Of a stretch of 64,000 nucleotides of DNA, positions 1 through 9,223 are shown in pieces (the stretch's first letter is position 1; the number at the start of each line of letters is the position of its first letter). Location: contig CAVUWA010000005.1 of assembly GCA_963744995.1 (NCBI GenBank), positions 160,001 to 224,000 of the forward strand, written 5' to 3'. Under the pieces are notes generated by a model. That model made no database searches and was not told the DNA's origin. It worked only from the letters and a program-made list of their open reading frames with translations. Made by a program: the position numbers and the translations under genes. The stretch comes from Candidatus Eiseniibacteriota bacterium. GTDB lineage: Bacteria > Eisenbacteria > RBG-16-71-46.

Positions 1-1558
1 ACACCCTGGTCTGCGCGCTCCAATCGTCGCCCGCCCACTGCATCCCCTTCCACGCCCCCTCGGGCGCGCCACGATCCGCGCGCGCGTCCGGCTCGGCGTT
101 GGCGCGCTCGTGCGCGGCGCGCAGCATCCCCGCCTGGGCTTCGCGAATCGCCTCGAGGCGGGCCTCGTCGATCGCGCCCTCGGCCACGAGCCGTTCCGCG
201 TAGCGTTGCGAGATCGGCACGTGGGCGGCGATCTTGCGGTACATGACCGGCTGCGTGTAGGTCGGATCGTCCATTTCGTTGTGGCCGTACTTGCGGTAGC
301 AGATCAGGTCCACGAACACGTCGCGCTTGAACTTCTCGCGGTAGGCGACCGCGATCTGCATCACGTGCGCCGCGGCCTCCGGATCGTCGCCGTTGACGTG
401 GAACACCGGCGCTTCGATGACGCGCGCGATGTCCGTCGCGTAGCGCGTGACACGTGCGTCCTCGGGCGAGGTCGTGAAGCCGATCTGATTATTGACCACG
501 ACGTGGATCGTGCCGCCGGTGAAATAGGGCGGCAGCTGGGAGAGCATGAGGGTTTCGGGCACGATGCCCTCGCCGGCGAGCGCGGCGTCGCCGTGGATCA
601 GCACCGGCACCCCGCGCTGCCCCGCCGGGTCCTCCATCCGAATCTGGCGCGCGCGCAGCGACCCCAGCACGACCGGATTCACGAACTCGAGGTGGCTCGG
701 GTTGTAGTGCATGCTGAGGTAGATCGGCGTGCCGGACTGGGACTCGTGCTGGCGCCAGTAGCCGAGATGATACTTGACGTCGCCGTGGCCGATCGTCTCG
801 CCGCGCGCGGCGCTGGCCTCGAACTCGCCGAAGATCATTTCGAGCGGCTTGCCGATCACGTTGGCGAGCACGTTGAGCCGGCCGCGGTGCGGCATGCCGA
901 TGATCAGCTGTTCGACGCCGAGCGATGCGGCCCCTTCGATCATCGTGTGCAGCATCGGGATCAGCGTCGCGCCGCCCTCCAGGGAGAAGCGCTTCTGCCC
1001 GACGTACTTGACGTGCAGGAAGTGCTCGAAGGCATCCGCCATCATCAGCTGCTCGAGGATCCGGATCCGTTCGTCGGCCGAGAATTCGGGATGGTTGCGG
1101 CGTCGCTCCATCTGGCTCATGAGCCATTCGCGCTGTTCGCGGTCCGGAATCTCCATGTACTCGGCGCCGATCGTGCCGCAGTACGTTTCGCGCAGAACCT
1201 CGCGCAGCTCGCGCAGGGTGCCCTGGAAATCGGCCTGCAGCGCCGAGGCGTCCGCCTCGTGGTCGAGGTCCTGATCGGAAAGGCCGACCGCGGACAGCTC
1301 GAGCAGCGGATGCGTGCGGACGTTGTCGCCGAGCGGGTCGAGCCGGGCCACGAGGTGGCCGAATTCGCGGTACGCCATGATCAGCGCGTAGGCGCCGCCG
1401 CTCTGGGGCCCGCCGCCGGGCCGGCCGGCGAACTCGAACCCCGCGAAGAACGCCGCCCACTCGTCCGGCACCGACGCCGGGTCCTGACGGAAGCGGGCGA
1501 GCATGCTCTCGATGTACGAGGCGTTCGCCCTCTGCACGAAATCGAAGCGGTGACCCAT
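1..1558 (-). CDS. sucA: 2-oxoglutarate dehydrogenase E1 component (runs off the left edge)
   Basis: Not in the ORF track. ATG at 1558 after GGAGA reads MGHRFDFVQRANASYIESMLARFRQDPASVPDEWAAFFAGF. Later motifs: KRFSLEGG, GMPHRGRLNVL, GDVKYHLG, NPSHLE, HGDAA, NNQIGFTT, GHNEMDDP. Confidence 0.95.
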   Translation of the reverse strand, partial: MGHRFDFVQRANASYIESMLARFRQDPASVPDEWAAFFAGFEFAGRPGGGPQSGGAYALIMAYREFGHLVARLDPLGDNVRTHPLLELSAVGLSDQDLDHEADASALQADFQGTLRELREVLRETYCGTIGAEYMEIPDREQREWLMSQMERRRNHPEFSADERIRILEQLMMADAFEHFLHVKYVGQKRFSLEGGATLIPMLHTMIEGAASLGVEQLIIGMPHRGRLNVLANVIGKPLEMIFGEFEASAARGETIGHGDVKYHLGYWRQHESQSGTPIYLSMHYNPSHLEFVNPVVLGSLRARQIRMEDPAGQRGVPVLIHGDAALAGEGIVPETLMLSQLPPYFTGGTIHVVVNNQIGFTTSPEDARVTRYATDIARVIEAPVFHVNGDDPEAAAHVMQIAVAYREKFKRDVFVDLICYRKYGHNEMDDPTYTQPVMYRKIAAHVPISQRYAERLVAEGAIDEARLEAIREAQAGMLRAAHERANAEPDARADRGAPEGAWKGMQWAGDDWSAQTRV

Positions 1559-1689
1559 GAATCTCCCGATGCGCCTGCGGCCGGAACGATGCCCGTGCCC
1601 ATAAGGGCAGAAGGAGCCGGAGGTTATCACATGCGCCGGAGGCGGTGGAGCGGCCGCGCGCCGCGCGGCGGGCCCATGGCGCGCCTCCG

Positions 1690-2493
1690 TCAGGAGGTTT
1701 TCGGCGGGACGCGGGCGGGACTTGCGGCCGTGAGCCGCATGAACAGCGCGGCAAGGAGCAGTGCCACCGAGCCGGTGCGCACGGCGCCGGCCATGCCGTG
1801 CCAGATGAAGCGCCGCACCGCCCACAGTCCCCCCGGGGCGGTGTCGGCGTGGGCGAGCCCGGCGTGCAGCCCGACGGCGACGGTGGGCGCCACGATCAGC
1901 GCCGCCAGGAGCACGCGCTGCAGGACCCGTGCCGGGCGCACCCCCGCCGCCGCAGGGACCGTCCGCAGGGGGCGTGCCCGCCACCTCCGCCACAGGATCA
2001 GGCAGCCGAGCGCGGTGCTGAGGAGCTGCAGCACGCTGTAGACGTGCGCGGTGTAGCCAGCGGCCGAGAACAGCGGGGTGGCGAGGGCGGGCCACCACCC
2101 GGTGGCCGCTCCCGGATGGGTGAAGGCGTCCCAGACCAGATGCGTCACGCCGCCGGCGAGGATCGAGAGCACGACCGCCGCCGGGCCCGCCGCCGGCAGC
2201 CGCGCCCGCCACGCGGCGGGATCGAGCTTCGCCCGCACACGATCCGGCGCCAGCGCCCACACCAGCGGCGCCACCAGCAGATGGAACAGCAGGTAGGCGG
2301 CGAGCCCGGCCGGCAGGGCGAACACCAGGAGCCCGGCAGGCGAGTGGCTCTCGATGCGCGTCGGGCCCCATGGAAAAAAGTAGTGGAAGTCGGGCGCCAT
2401 CGTCCCGATCACCAGCGCCGACCAGACGGCGCGCCGTCCGAGCGGACGACGCAGCGGGATCGCAGCCACCGTGTGTGCGAGCGTGAACGGCAT
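1690..2493 (-). CDS. DUF4184-family membrane protein
   Basis: MPFTLAH start, MAPDF and HLVWDAFTH motifs, several hydrophobic helices. Confidence 0.8.
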   Translation of the reverse strand: MPFTLAHTVAAIPLRRPLGRRAVWSALVIGTMAPDFHYFFPWGPTRIESHSPAGLLVFALPAGLAAYLLFHLLVAPLVWALAPDRVRAKLDPAAWRARLPAAGPAAVVLSILAGGVTHLVWDAFTHPGAATGWWPALATPLFSAAGYTAHVYSVLQLLSTALGCLILWRRWRARPLRTVPAAAGVRPARVLQRVLLAALIVAPTVAVGLHAGLAHADTAPGGLWAVRRFIWHGMAGAVRTGSVALLLAALFMRLTAASPARVPPKTS

Positions 2494-2584
2494 CGAACCC
2501 CCTGGAATGCAGATGCGGGGCGCGTTCCCGCGCCCCGCATGCCATACGCCCGGCCGCTCCGCCGGGTTCCCGTCGATCGGCGTT

Positions 2585-3631
2585 TCAGCGCCCGGCCCGG
2601 ATCCTCACCGCCCCGTCGCCCGGCGCGTCGGCCTCGACCACGACCTGCTCACGCACCCGCACCGGATCCCCTACCAGGTAGGGCCGCATGCCCTCATGGA
2701 CCGCGCGGGCGAGCGCGTCGGCGCGCGCATGCGTGCGCGCGGTCGCGGTGATCTCGACCTTCGCGGTGGCCGGCATCTGGTTGACCCAGGTCGCCGCCTC
2801 GACGATGCGGGCATCCACCCGGGCGGTCTCGCCGAAACGTCCGGCGCTCTCGCCCAGCCCCGCCCCGGGCAGGGCCAGCAGCACCTGATCGTCGTCCATC
2901 ACCCGGTACGCAGGCACCTCGAAACCGTCACCGACAAAATGCCGCTTGTTGCCGGCCCGGTCGCGCGCCTCGAGCACGTAGGAATAGGTGAGACCCGGCA
3001 CGGCCGCCGCACCCTGCGGGTCGCGGCCGTCCCAGTCGATTTCCTTCGGCGGCCGGCCCTTGCCCTGGAAACGCGCCGCCGTGCGGCCGCGTGCGTCCGT
3101 GACCGTCAGCGTCCAGGTGGCGACGTCCGTCACATCGGGGCGGAACCGCGCGACCGGGCCGGTCTCGTACCCGTCGAGCCAGGTCCGCGCGGTGCGCTCC
3201 GAGGGTGTCTGCGGCACCGCGTCGAGCAGCGCGCGATCGAGGTCCGGCACCGTGCGGTCGAGGACGTCCGCCGCACCGCCGAGATCGAGCCCGGGGGCGC
3301 TCGCCGGATCGAGGTCGAGCTTGAGCGCCGGACGCTGAATGTCGAGATGGATGCGGTCCTCGCCTTCGACGGTCAGCGTGTGGAACACCGTTCCCGGCGT
3401 GCCGCCCTCGAGCGTCAGGTCCTTCTTCGCCGGCTTCCCGCCCGGCACCGGCGTGTCGTCGCCGCCGCTCACGCGTTCGGGCGTCTTCGCCGCTCCGGCC
3501 TTCCCGGGAACGGCCGTCCCCCACGCCGGTCCCGCGGCGAGCAGCAGCGCCGCGATCAGCGCGACCGGAGCGAGCGCACCCTGCGTCCGCCCGCGGCGCG
3601 GCGTCATCGGCCGTTCGTCATCGTGATGCAT
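2585..3631 (-). CDS. Secreted protein with FlgD-Ig-like domain and possible degenerate OmpA-like C-terminus
   Basis: Signal peptide (ALIAALLLAAGPAWG). WTLTVTD...IDWDGRD...TYSYVLEARDRAGN module. Last gene of the operon, with AAGGAGGAG RBS. Confidence 0.6.
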   Translation of the reverse strand: MHHDDERPMTPRRGRTQGALAPVALIAALLLAAGPAWGTAVPGKAGAAKTPERVSGGDDTPVPGGKPAKKDLTLEGGTPGTVFHTLTVEGEDRIHLDIQRPALKLDLDPASAPGLDLGGAADVLDRTVPDLDRALLDAVPQTPSERTARTWLDGYETGPVARFRPDVTDVATWTLTVTDARGRTAARFQGKGRPPKEIDWDGRDPQGAAAVPGLTYSYVLEARDRAGNKRHFVGDGFEVPAYRVMDDDQVLLALPGAGLGESAGRFGETARVDARIVEAATWVNQMPATAKVEITATARTHARADALARAVHEGMRPYLVGDPVRVREQVVVEADAPGDGAVRIRAGR

Positions 3632-3641
3632 GACTCCTCCT

Positions 3642-4556
3642 TCAGCCGGCGTCGCGCAGCCGGAACTGGAACGTGATCGTGCCCCACTGTTCGCCGGTAC
3701 GTCCGGCGTGCAGGGGCTGGAAGCGCCACTCCCTGAGCGCGGCCACCGCGCTCTGGTCGAAGTCGTCGAATCCGGCGGTCTTCTCGACCAGGATGTTCTC
3801 CTTGATCGAGCCGTCCGCGCGCACGTAGAAGCGCAGCGTCACCGTGCCCTCCACCGCCTCTCCCTTCGCCCACTCCGGATAGACGGGCGTCACGCTGTGG
3901 AGAATCGGACGGTCCGCGACCGGTCCGGCGAGCCGCGCGCCCGCGAGCTGCCGGGTGGCCCCGCTCGCGCGCGCCGGTGCTTCCGGCTCGCTGTGTTTCG
4001 TCACCTTCGCGATCGTCGCCGCGTCGAGGCGCGCGGCCTTGACCGGCGCGCCGCGATCCAGTGACAGCGGGGCGCGCGCCGGTGCGCCGCGCTCGAGCGC
4101 CATGGGGGCCGAGGGTGCAGGCCCCGTGGACGGCGCGCCGGCCGCCGACCAGCGCGACGACACGGGCGGCGTCGCGGCGGCCACGACCGCATTCGACTCG
4201 GACGAGCGCAGACGGTCGAGCCGCGCCGCGATGCGGTCGGCGAGCGCGAAGTCGGACTGCGGCTCGGGCGCGACGTCGGCCTCCGGCGCCGCGCGGCGGA
4301 AGCGCTCCTGCGTTTCGGCCGGCTGCGGCGCGGGGCGCACCGGTGCCGGCGCCATGACCGCGGCCACGGGCGAGGCGACCTCGGCCGACGTCATGTAGTC
4401 GATCTCGGTGAGCGGCAACCCGCCCCCCACCTGCGGCTGCTGCATGAGCAGCCACGCGATGACGGCGGCGTGCAGCACCACGCTCAGCAGCATGGAGCCG
4501 GACGTGCGGCGGCGGTCGCCGCGCCGGGGCGTGAGAACGGCGGCGGGCGCGCTCAC
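3642..4556 (-). CDS. TonB-family energy transducer
   Basis: N-terminal TM helix SVVLHAAVI (SHLS-like), Pro/Ala-rich linker, TonB_C domain (YPEWAKGEAVEGTVTLRFYV...FDQSAVAALREWRFQP). Confidence 0.9.
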   Translation of the reverse strand: MSAPAAVLTPRRGDRRRTSGSMLLSVVLHAAVIAWLLMQQPQVGGGLPLTEIDYMTSAEVASPVAAVMAPAPVRPAPQPAETQERFRRAAPEADVAPEPQSDFALADRIAARLDRLRSSESNAVVAAATPPVSSRWSAAGAPSTGPAPSAPMALERGAPARAPLSLDRGAPVKAARLDAATIAKVTKHSEPEAPARASGATRQLAGARLAGPVADRPILHSVTPVYPEWAKGEAVEGTVTLRFYVRADGSIKENILVEKTAGFDDFDQSAVAALREWRFQPLHAGRTGEQWGTITFQFRLRDAG

Positions 4557-4975
4557 GATCCGTCCGCTCCACTCTGCCGGGTGGCGATGGCGAGCCGCGT
4601 GGCGCCCGCCGCGCGAGCGTCGTCGAGCGCGCTGCGGATCTGAGAGTACGGCAGTGTCGCGTCCGCCCGGATCACCACCAGGACGTCGTGGCCGGCGTCC
4701 TCCTTGAGCCGGGCGGCGAGCGCCGAAGCCAGGTCGGCGCGGGCGATCTCCTGATCGTCGATCGCCGTCTGCCCCTGCACGTCCAGGGTGATGCTGATGT
4801 TGCGCTCGTCCTCGAGCCCGCGCGTCCGGGCCGCCGGCAGCTGCACCGGCAGGTCGGCGACGGACAGCATCGGTGCGGTCACCAGCAGGATGATGACCAG
4901 CACCAGCGCCACGTCGATGATCGGCGTCAGATTGGTCTTCGTGATCGGCCCGGACGTGCCCGTGTTCGCTCCCAC
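4553..4975 (-). CDS. ExbD/TolR family protein (copy 2)
   Basis: GTG at 4975 after GGAGG. NLTPIIDVALVLVIILLV TM with conserved Asp; IRADATLPY. Confidence 0.88.
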   Translation of the reverse strand: MGANTGTSGPITKTNLTPIIDVALVLVIILLVTAPMLSVADLPVQLPAARTRGLEDERNISITLDVQGQTAIDDQEIARADLASALAARLKEDAGHDVLVVIRADATLPYSQIRSALDDARAAGATRLAIATRQSGADGS

Positions 4976-4976
4976 G

Positions 4977-5384
4977 CTACCTCCCCACCACGGCGATGCG
5001 CGCGGCGCCGTGCAGCCGCGCCTCGTCGATCGCATGGACGAAGTCACCGTGCGGCACCTGGTCCTCGCAGCGCACGACGACCAGACGGCTCGAGCTTGCG
5101 CGCAGCGCTTCGTCGAGCGCTGCCGGCAGCAGTCCGGTGTCGATCCGCCGGCGGTTGACGGTGATGTCACCGTCCGCGTGCAGCGTCATCTCCACGCGGT
5201 CGGCATCGGCGTTCTTCTTCGCGCTGCGCGCGCTCGCACTCGCCGAATTCACGAGGAAGCTCGACTGCAGCGCGAGTGGTGTCGCCACCAGCAGGATCAC
5301 GACGAGCACCAGCGAGACGTCGATGAGCGGTGTCAGATTGGCTTCATGGATACCGTGTTCGCTGCGCCGATCCTGGCGTGCCAT
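4977..5384 (-). CDS. ExbD/TolR family protein (copy 1)
   Basis: NLTPLIDVSLVLVVILLV; C-terminal VPHGDFVHAIDEAR..GA..IAV. Confidence 0.88.
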   Translation of the reverse strand: MARQDRRSEHGIHEANLTPLIDVSLVLVVILLVATPLALQSSFLVNSASASARSAKKNADADRVEMTLHADGDITVNRRRIDTGLLPAALDEALRASSSRLVVVRCEDQVPHGDFVHAIDEARLHGAARIAVVGR

Positions 5385-5392
5385 CGCCCCTC

Positions 5393-6100
5393 CTAGGCCG
5401 CCCGTGCCGCAGGCGCGAGCTCGACACGCTCGGCCGCGGTCGCGCCCGATCGGGGTGGGGTGTCCTGATCCACGCTCACGGCATCGGGCTGCGACAGCGC
5501 CAGACGCAGGGTGCGTGCGTGGTTCTCGGTCACGGTGAGCGTCACGCCGATGCGGCGCACGAAGTAGTTGTAGAGCATGACCGCGGGCACCGCGACGATG
5601 AGGCCGAGGCCCGTGGTGACCAGCGCTTCCGCGACGCCGGCGGCGACCACGGAGGGTCCCGCGGAGCCGGTGTTGGCCATGTCATGGAACGCCCGCATGA
5701 TTCCCCACACGGTGCCGAGCAGGCCGATCAGCGGCGCGGTGTTGCCCATGGTGCCGAGCAGGCCGAGGTTCCTCTCCATCTCCATGCGCGAATCGCTCAG
5801 CGCGATCTGCAGCTTCTCCTCCTGTGCGGCGGGCGGCAGATTCGCACTGCGGATCACCTCACCCGCCACCGCGCCGAACGGATGATCAGCCGTGCGGCAC
5901 GACCAGATCGCCTCACGCAGATGACCGGCACGGACGTGTTCGAGTGCGCCCGCCAGCAGGCGGTCCGGACGGCCGCGACGCTTCCAGAAGTACAGCAGGC
6001 GTTCGATTGCGAAACCGAACGTCAGCACGCTGCAGACGAGCAGCGCGATCATGATGGGACTGCCACGCATCGCCCCGATCCAGTCGAAGTTCTCGAACAT
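5393..6100 (-). CDS. MotA/TolQ/ExbB proton-channel protein
   Basis: APLIGLLGTVWGIMRAF and GVAEALVTTGLGLIVAVPA motifs; three TM helices. Confidence 0.93.
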   Translation of the reverse strand: MFENFDWIGAMRGSPIMIALLVCSVLTFGFAIERLLYFWKRRGRPDRLLAGALEHVRAGHLREAIWSCRTADHPFGAVAGEVIRSANLPPAAQEEKLQIALSDSRMEMERNLGLLGTMGNTAPLIGLLGTVWGIMRAFHDMANTGSAGPSVVAAGVAEALVTTGLGLIVAVPAVMLYNYFVRRIGVTLTVTENHARTLRLALSQPDAVSVDQDTPPRSGATAAERVELAPAARAA

Positions 6101-6130
6101 CGCGTTTCCCCCTGGGTAGTTCGACGCCGC

Positions 6131-9100
6131 CTAACGGCGGGCCTTGCCACGTCCCGCGGCTTCCAGCTGCGTGACGCGATCGGTGGCGGCCGCCACCAGT
6201 TCCTCGTCCCGGGCGTGCCGGACGATGTCCCGGTACGCCTCGAGCGCCTTCGCATAATCCTTTCGCGACTCGTACATGGCCGCGCTGCGCGCGAGCGCCG
6301 ACAGCCGGTACGGATCGTCCTTGTCGGCAGCCGCGACGGCACGTGCGTACGACTGGAGCGCCGCATCGGCATCGCCCTGCTGCTCGCGGCAGCGGCCGAG
6401 CCGGAACGCCAGCTCGGTCTTGAGCGCCGCGCCCGGATGCGCCGCCAGGGCGTGCTCGTAGGCTTCGACCGCGGCGTCGAGCTCGCCGGCGGCTTCGTCG
6501 AGGTCGCCGAGCTGGGTCGCCGCCTGCGCGGTGCGCTTGTCGCCGGGGAATTCGCGCAGGTGCCGCTCGAGCGCCTTGCGCGCGGCCGGCACGTCGCCCA
6601 GCTCGCGGTGACACAGCGCCAGGTTGTAGAGCGCCGCGCTGCGCACGTCGTCCGGCAGGCTGTCGGCCGCGGCGCCCTCGAACGCGACCGCCGCTTCGAG
6701 GTACTCCTTCGCCTGGAAGCGCACGAGGCCGAGCCGGAACTGCACCATCGGCACGAGTTCGCTGTTCGGGAAGTAGGCGACGAACTGCTCCCAGCCGCGG
6801 CGGGCTTGGTCTTCGAGCCCGGCCTGCGCGCACGCGTCGGCCATCATGTACTGTGCCTGGTCGGCGGCCGAGTAGGACGGGAACTGCGTGACCACGCGCC
6901 GGAACGCCTCGGCCGCCTCGCTCCACTGCTTCGCGTCGTAGAGGCGACGTCCGATCTGGAACTGCGCGTCCGCGGCAAACGGGCTGCCGGGATAGGTCTC
7001 GACCAGATGGGCGAGGACCTTGGCGCCGTCCTCGCGCTGGCTCAACCGGTACAGCGAGCGCTCCACGCCGCGCCCCGCCTCGCGCCCGATCGGCGAATCA
7101 CCTTCACTCTGGACCAGCGCCGAAAAGCCCTCCAGCGCTTCGGCGTCGTGGCCGTCGTTGTAGTCGCACTGCGCGAGCCGCAGCCGCGCCAGCCCGGCGG
7201 CCGACGTCGCGGCGAAGTGGTCGAGCAGACCGTGGTAGGCGCGTCGTGCATCGTCGTAGCGTTCGGCCTGGAAGTAGAGATCACCGATGCGCGCCCACGC
7301 GCGCTCCGCGACCGGCACGCTCGCCGAGTCCGCCACCAGGGCTTCCCACCGATCCAGCGCATCGCCGGCGCGGTCCACGCGCAGATAGCAGAGTCCCACC
7401 TGGTAGAGCGCACTTGCCCGCCGCGGGTCGCCGGGGGCGCGCTGCAGGAAGTCCTCGTAGGCGGCCGCGGCATCCATGTAGCGCTTCTGGTTGAACCGCT
7501 CGTGCGCGATGTCGAGCAGCGCGGAGCGCACGGTCTCGCCGTCACCCTGCCGGCCGGCGCGAGCGAGCATCCGCTCCTCGATGGCGATCGCCAGGCTGTC
7601 GTTGCCGCTCTTCGAATGCACCCACGCCAGCAGCCGCGCGGCGCGCGCGCTCACCGGCTGGTCCGGGTAGTCGCGCATCAGCCGCTCGGTCACCGCGCGC
7701 GCCTCGTCGAGGCGCCCCTGCGAGGCCAGCGCATCGGCGTCGAACAGCAGCGCGTGCGCGCGCCACAGCGAACGGCTCGGCGGGAGCTTCTCGAGGAGCG
7801 CGTGCGGCGCCCCCGACATCTGACCGAGGTGGCCGGTGCGGTGATAGGCGAACAACAGCATGCACAGCGACGCGTCCACGAGCTCGGCATGCTCGGGCTT
7901 GGCGAACACGACGCTCCCCGCCGAGTCGCGTCGCGCCGCGTAGCGGTCGAGCACGAGCTGGAAGTAGGGCGCCGCCGCCATCGGCTTGTCCTGCGCGAGC
8001 AGACCGACCCCCGCCAGGTACGCCGCAGCCGGCGCCTCCGGTTCGGCCGGATAGCCGCGCACCACCGCCTGGTAGCTGCCGGTGGCGTCGCCCTGACGGC
8101 CGAGCGCGTCCAGGCAGCGCGCCACGCGGTACTGCGCGCTGGCCGCGACCGAATGCTGGAAGTACTTCGTGAGGACGCGGTTGTAGGCGACGATCGCCTC
8201 TTCCCGGCGTCCCATCGCAGCGAGCACCTCGCCGACCAGGAACTGGCCGCGCGCGGCGACGTCGCTGCCGTCCTCACGTGCGACCAGCGCGGTGAGCCGC
8301 GCCAGCGCCGTGTCGGGCTCGCCCGCCAGGAACTTCGCACCCGCGGCACGCAACTCGGCCTCGGCTTCGATCGCCGGCGTGTGCACGCGCTGGGCGACGC
8401 GGTCGAATGCCTCCGCCGCGCTGCGCGGGTCGCCCGCTTCGAGGAACACGTCCGCCTTGGCGAGCAGCGCCGGGTCACGCAGCGGCGAGTCCGGGAAGCG
8501 GTCCGCGACCTGCTGGAACGCGGCGGCCGCACGCAGGCGGTCGCCGGTCCTGGCCAGGCAGATCGCCGTCAGGAAGCGCGCCGCCGGCGTCTCCGGATCG
8601 GGGCCGAGCATCGCGAGGGCCGCGCGTGGGTCACCGGCGAGCGCGACGGCCATCGCGCGCGTGAGTACGGTGCGCGGCGCCGTCGCCATCCACGGCCACG
8701 TCTTCACCAGGCGCGCCAGGCGCGCGTTCGCGGCCTCGAGGTCGCCGCGACGCAGGTCGTTCCAGCTGCGGCGCAGCATCGCCTCGGCGGCCAGCGGCGA
8801 ATCGCCCCAGCGCTTCTCCCACTGCTTCCATTCGTGCTCGGCTTCGTCGGTCGCACCGGCGGCCTCGATCGCTTCGATCAGAGAAAATGCGGCATCGTCT
8901 TCCAGCGGACCCTTGCCGGTGCGCTTGAGGGCGCGCCGCAGCGGATCCTCGGCCTCGAGCGGACGGCCGAGCTCGAGCCGCACGCGGCCGAGCAGCGCGT
9001 CCGCACCGGCGCCGTCTTCCGCCTGTATCCGGCGCTCGAGATCCTCGAGCGCTTCCGTGCGCCGCGGCCCGGCGGCCGGCAGCTGTTCGAACTGCGGGCC

Positions 9101-9223
9101 CGGCGCGGGCGCCTGTGCGCCCGTCGCCGGGTCGGCGGCGGCCGGCCCGGCCAGCGCCAGCGCGGTGAGCGCCAGCGCGGCCAGCGGCGCGCGGTGGAGT
9201 GGGACCCGGGCGATCGAAATCAC
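6131..9223 (-). CDS. Large periplasmic tetratricopeptide-repeat protein (~1030 aa)
   Basis: GTG at 9223 overlaps the upstream stop (GTGA). Signal peptide, then many CpoB/BamD-like TPR units (FPDSPLRDPALL, YPGSPFAADAQFQIG, FPNSELVPMVQFRLG). Confidence 0.88.
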   Translation of the reverse strand: MISIARVPLHRAPLAALALTALALAGPAAADPATGAQAPAPGPQFEQLPAAGPRRTEALEDLERRIQAEDGAGADALLGRVRLELGRPLEAEDPLRRALKRTGKGPLEDDAAFSLIEAIEAAGATDEAEHEWKQWEKRWGDSPLAAEAMLRRSWNDLRRGDLEAANARLARLVKTWPWMATAPRTVLTRAMAVALAGDPRAALAMLGPDPETPAARFLTAICLARTGDRLRAAAAFQQVADRFPDSPLRDPALLAKADVFLEAGDPRSAAEAFDRVAQRVHTPAIEAEAELRAAGAKFLAGEPDTALARLTALVAREDGSDVAARGQFLVGEVLAAMGRREEAIVAYNRVLTKYFQHSVAASAQYRVARCLDALGRQGDATGSYQAVVRGYPAEPEAPAAAYLAGVGLLAQDKPMAAAPYFQLVLDRYAARRDSAGSVVFAKPEHAELVDASLCMLLFAYHRTGHLGQMSGAPHALLEKLPPSRSLWRAHALLFDADALASQGRLDEARAVTERLMRDYPDQPVSARAARLLAWVHSKSGNDSLAIAIEERMLARAGRQGDGETVRSALLDIAHERFNQKRYMDAAAAYEDFLQRAPGDPRRASALYQVGLCYLRVDRAGDALDRWEALVADSASVPVAERAWARIGDLYFQAERYDDARRAYHGLLDHFAATSAAGLARLRLAQCDYNDGHDAEALEGFSALVQSEGDSPIGREAGRGVERSLYRLSQREDGAKVLAHLVETYPGSPFAADAQFQIGRRLYDAKQWSEAAEAFRRVVTQFPSYSAADQAQYMMADACAQAGLEDQARRGWEQFVAYFPNSELVPMVQFRLGLVRFQAKEYLEAAVAFEGAAADSLPDDVRSAALYNLALCHRELGDVPAARKALERHLREFPGDKRTAQAATQLGDLDEAAGELDAAVEAYEHALAAHPGAALKTELAFRLGRCREQQGDADAALQSYARAVAAADKDDPYRLSALARSAAMYESRKDYAKALEAYRDIVRHARDEELVAAATDRVTQLEAAGRGKARR

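Noticed and set aside
110..2041. 643-aa plus-strand ORF
   Set aside because: Antisense shadow of sucA and DUF4184; Arg/His-rich with no motifs.
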